From Macrostomum lignano (taxonomy: Eukaryota), in NCBI GenBank assembly GCA_002269645.1, contig NIVC01002762.1:50877-114876 (forward strand): a stretch of 64,000 nt of DNA, written 5' to 3'. The notes under the pieces are model-generated. The model made no database searches and had not been told where the DNA came from. It saw only the letters and a program-made list of their open reading frames with translations. Both the position numbers and the translations under genes were made by a program. This document shows positions 63,353 to 64,000 of this stretch, piece after piece; positions within the stretch are counted from its first letter, which is position 1; each line of letters opens with the position of its first letter.

Positions 63353-64000
63353 CCTTGCGAGCTAGTTCACTCACAACAATTTTTTTACTTTCTTCCGATC
63401 TTTTTATCGTTGCAGCTGTAGCTAAAAACAAAATGCCCCTATTTAGCCGTCCCTGCCTTCTCCTCTCCTCTAAACTGCAGAGAGAAGAAATAGCAAAGCA
63501 AAGCAAACGAAGATAGATTCTCTTTCCGTATGTGCGTGTATTTGTCTTCTTTTATTGAAGCAGATAAGCTCTGAGACTTGGAGATGAAAAATTGCTGGCC
63601 TAATGCCTCGGAGACTGAACAGTTTGCCAAAGGCATGGAGCATTGCAGTCTGAGTCATGCTTGGGACTGGCCCCGTTTTTCTGCGTACATTGCCTAGCCA
63701 AGCTGAGCTGCCTTATAAGCTAGTTGTGTAGTGTTAGTAGAATGCCTGAGAGACAGATTGAGTCAGTCAAGCAGTGGGGTTTACACAACTGTCGAGGCTT
63801 GAACAGTGACATTAGGGAAATCCGCAAAAGGGTGCATCCATGGTCACCTGTTGAAGATTCAGTAGCTCCGTCTAGGTGAAGACCAATTGCCTGTGCTGAT
63901 GAAGTTTAGAGGCTTGACAAGGCTGCACCAAGGCACGCAGTGCTGGGGATTGCGCGCGCAAGGCGCTTGTTGCAAAATAGGATTTTTCTGGCCGGAATCG

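Overview
Animal (eukaryotic) genomic DNA with spliceosomal GT-AG introns. Introns are either very short (about 85-110 nt) or inflated to several kb by satellites and transposon relics. The style resembles a repeat-rich invertebrate such as a free-living flatworm, but that is inference only. Genes reconstructed by hand from splice signals and reading frame, left to right: (1) a 5'- and 3'-incomplete EF-hand + WD40 gene of the WDR49/EFCAB8/WDY type (minus strand) with a 15-nt microexon; (2) the 3' half of a PhyH-family Fe(II)/2-oxoglutarate dioxygenase (plus strand) with a frameshifting deletion; (3) a complete 5-exon calmodulin-like gene (minus); (4) three tandem 14-exon aldehyde oxidase/xanthine dehydrogenase-family genes (minus) that are near-identical in some exons and strongly diverged in the substrate-pocket exons; (5) an ionotropic glutamate receptor-like gene (minus). 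The top finding is that the receptor's cytoplasmic tail appears to be a PNPase-type S1 (OB-fold, RNA-binding) domain. The first half of that domain lies in the same open exon as the channel helices, so the fusion does not depend on my exon joining. Also present: Tc1 and hAT non-autonomous elements, tRNA-derived SINEs including an inverted CORE-like pair, a Crypton-like relic, and more than 20 tandem arrays. Most long ORFs in the track are repeat artefacts. Several 1-nt deletions, many in short homopolymers, suggest long-read consensus errors, so pseudogene calls are provisional. All family assignments come from remembered motifs; no searches were run.
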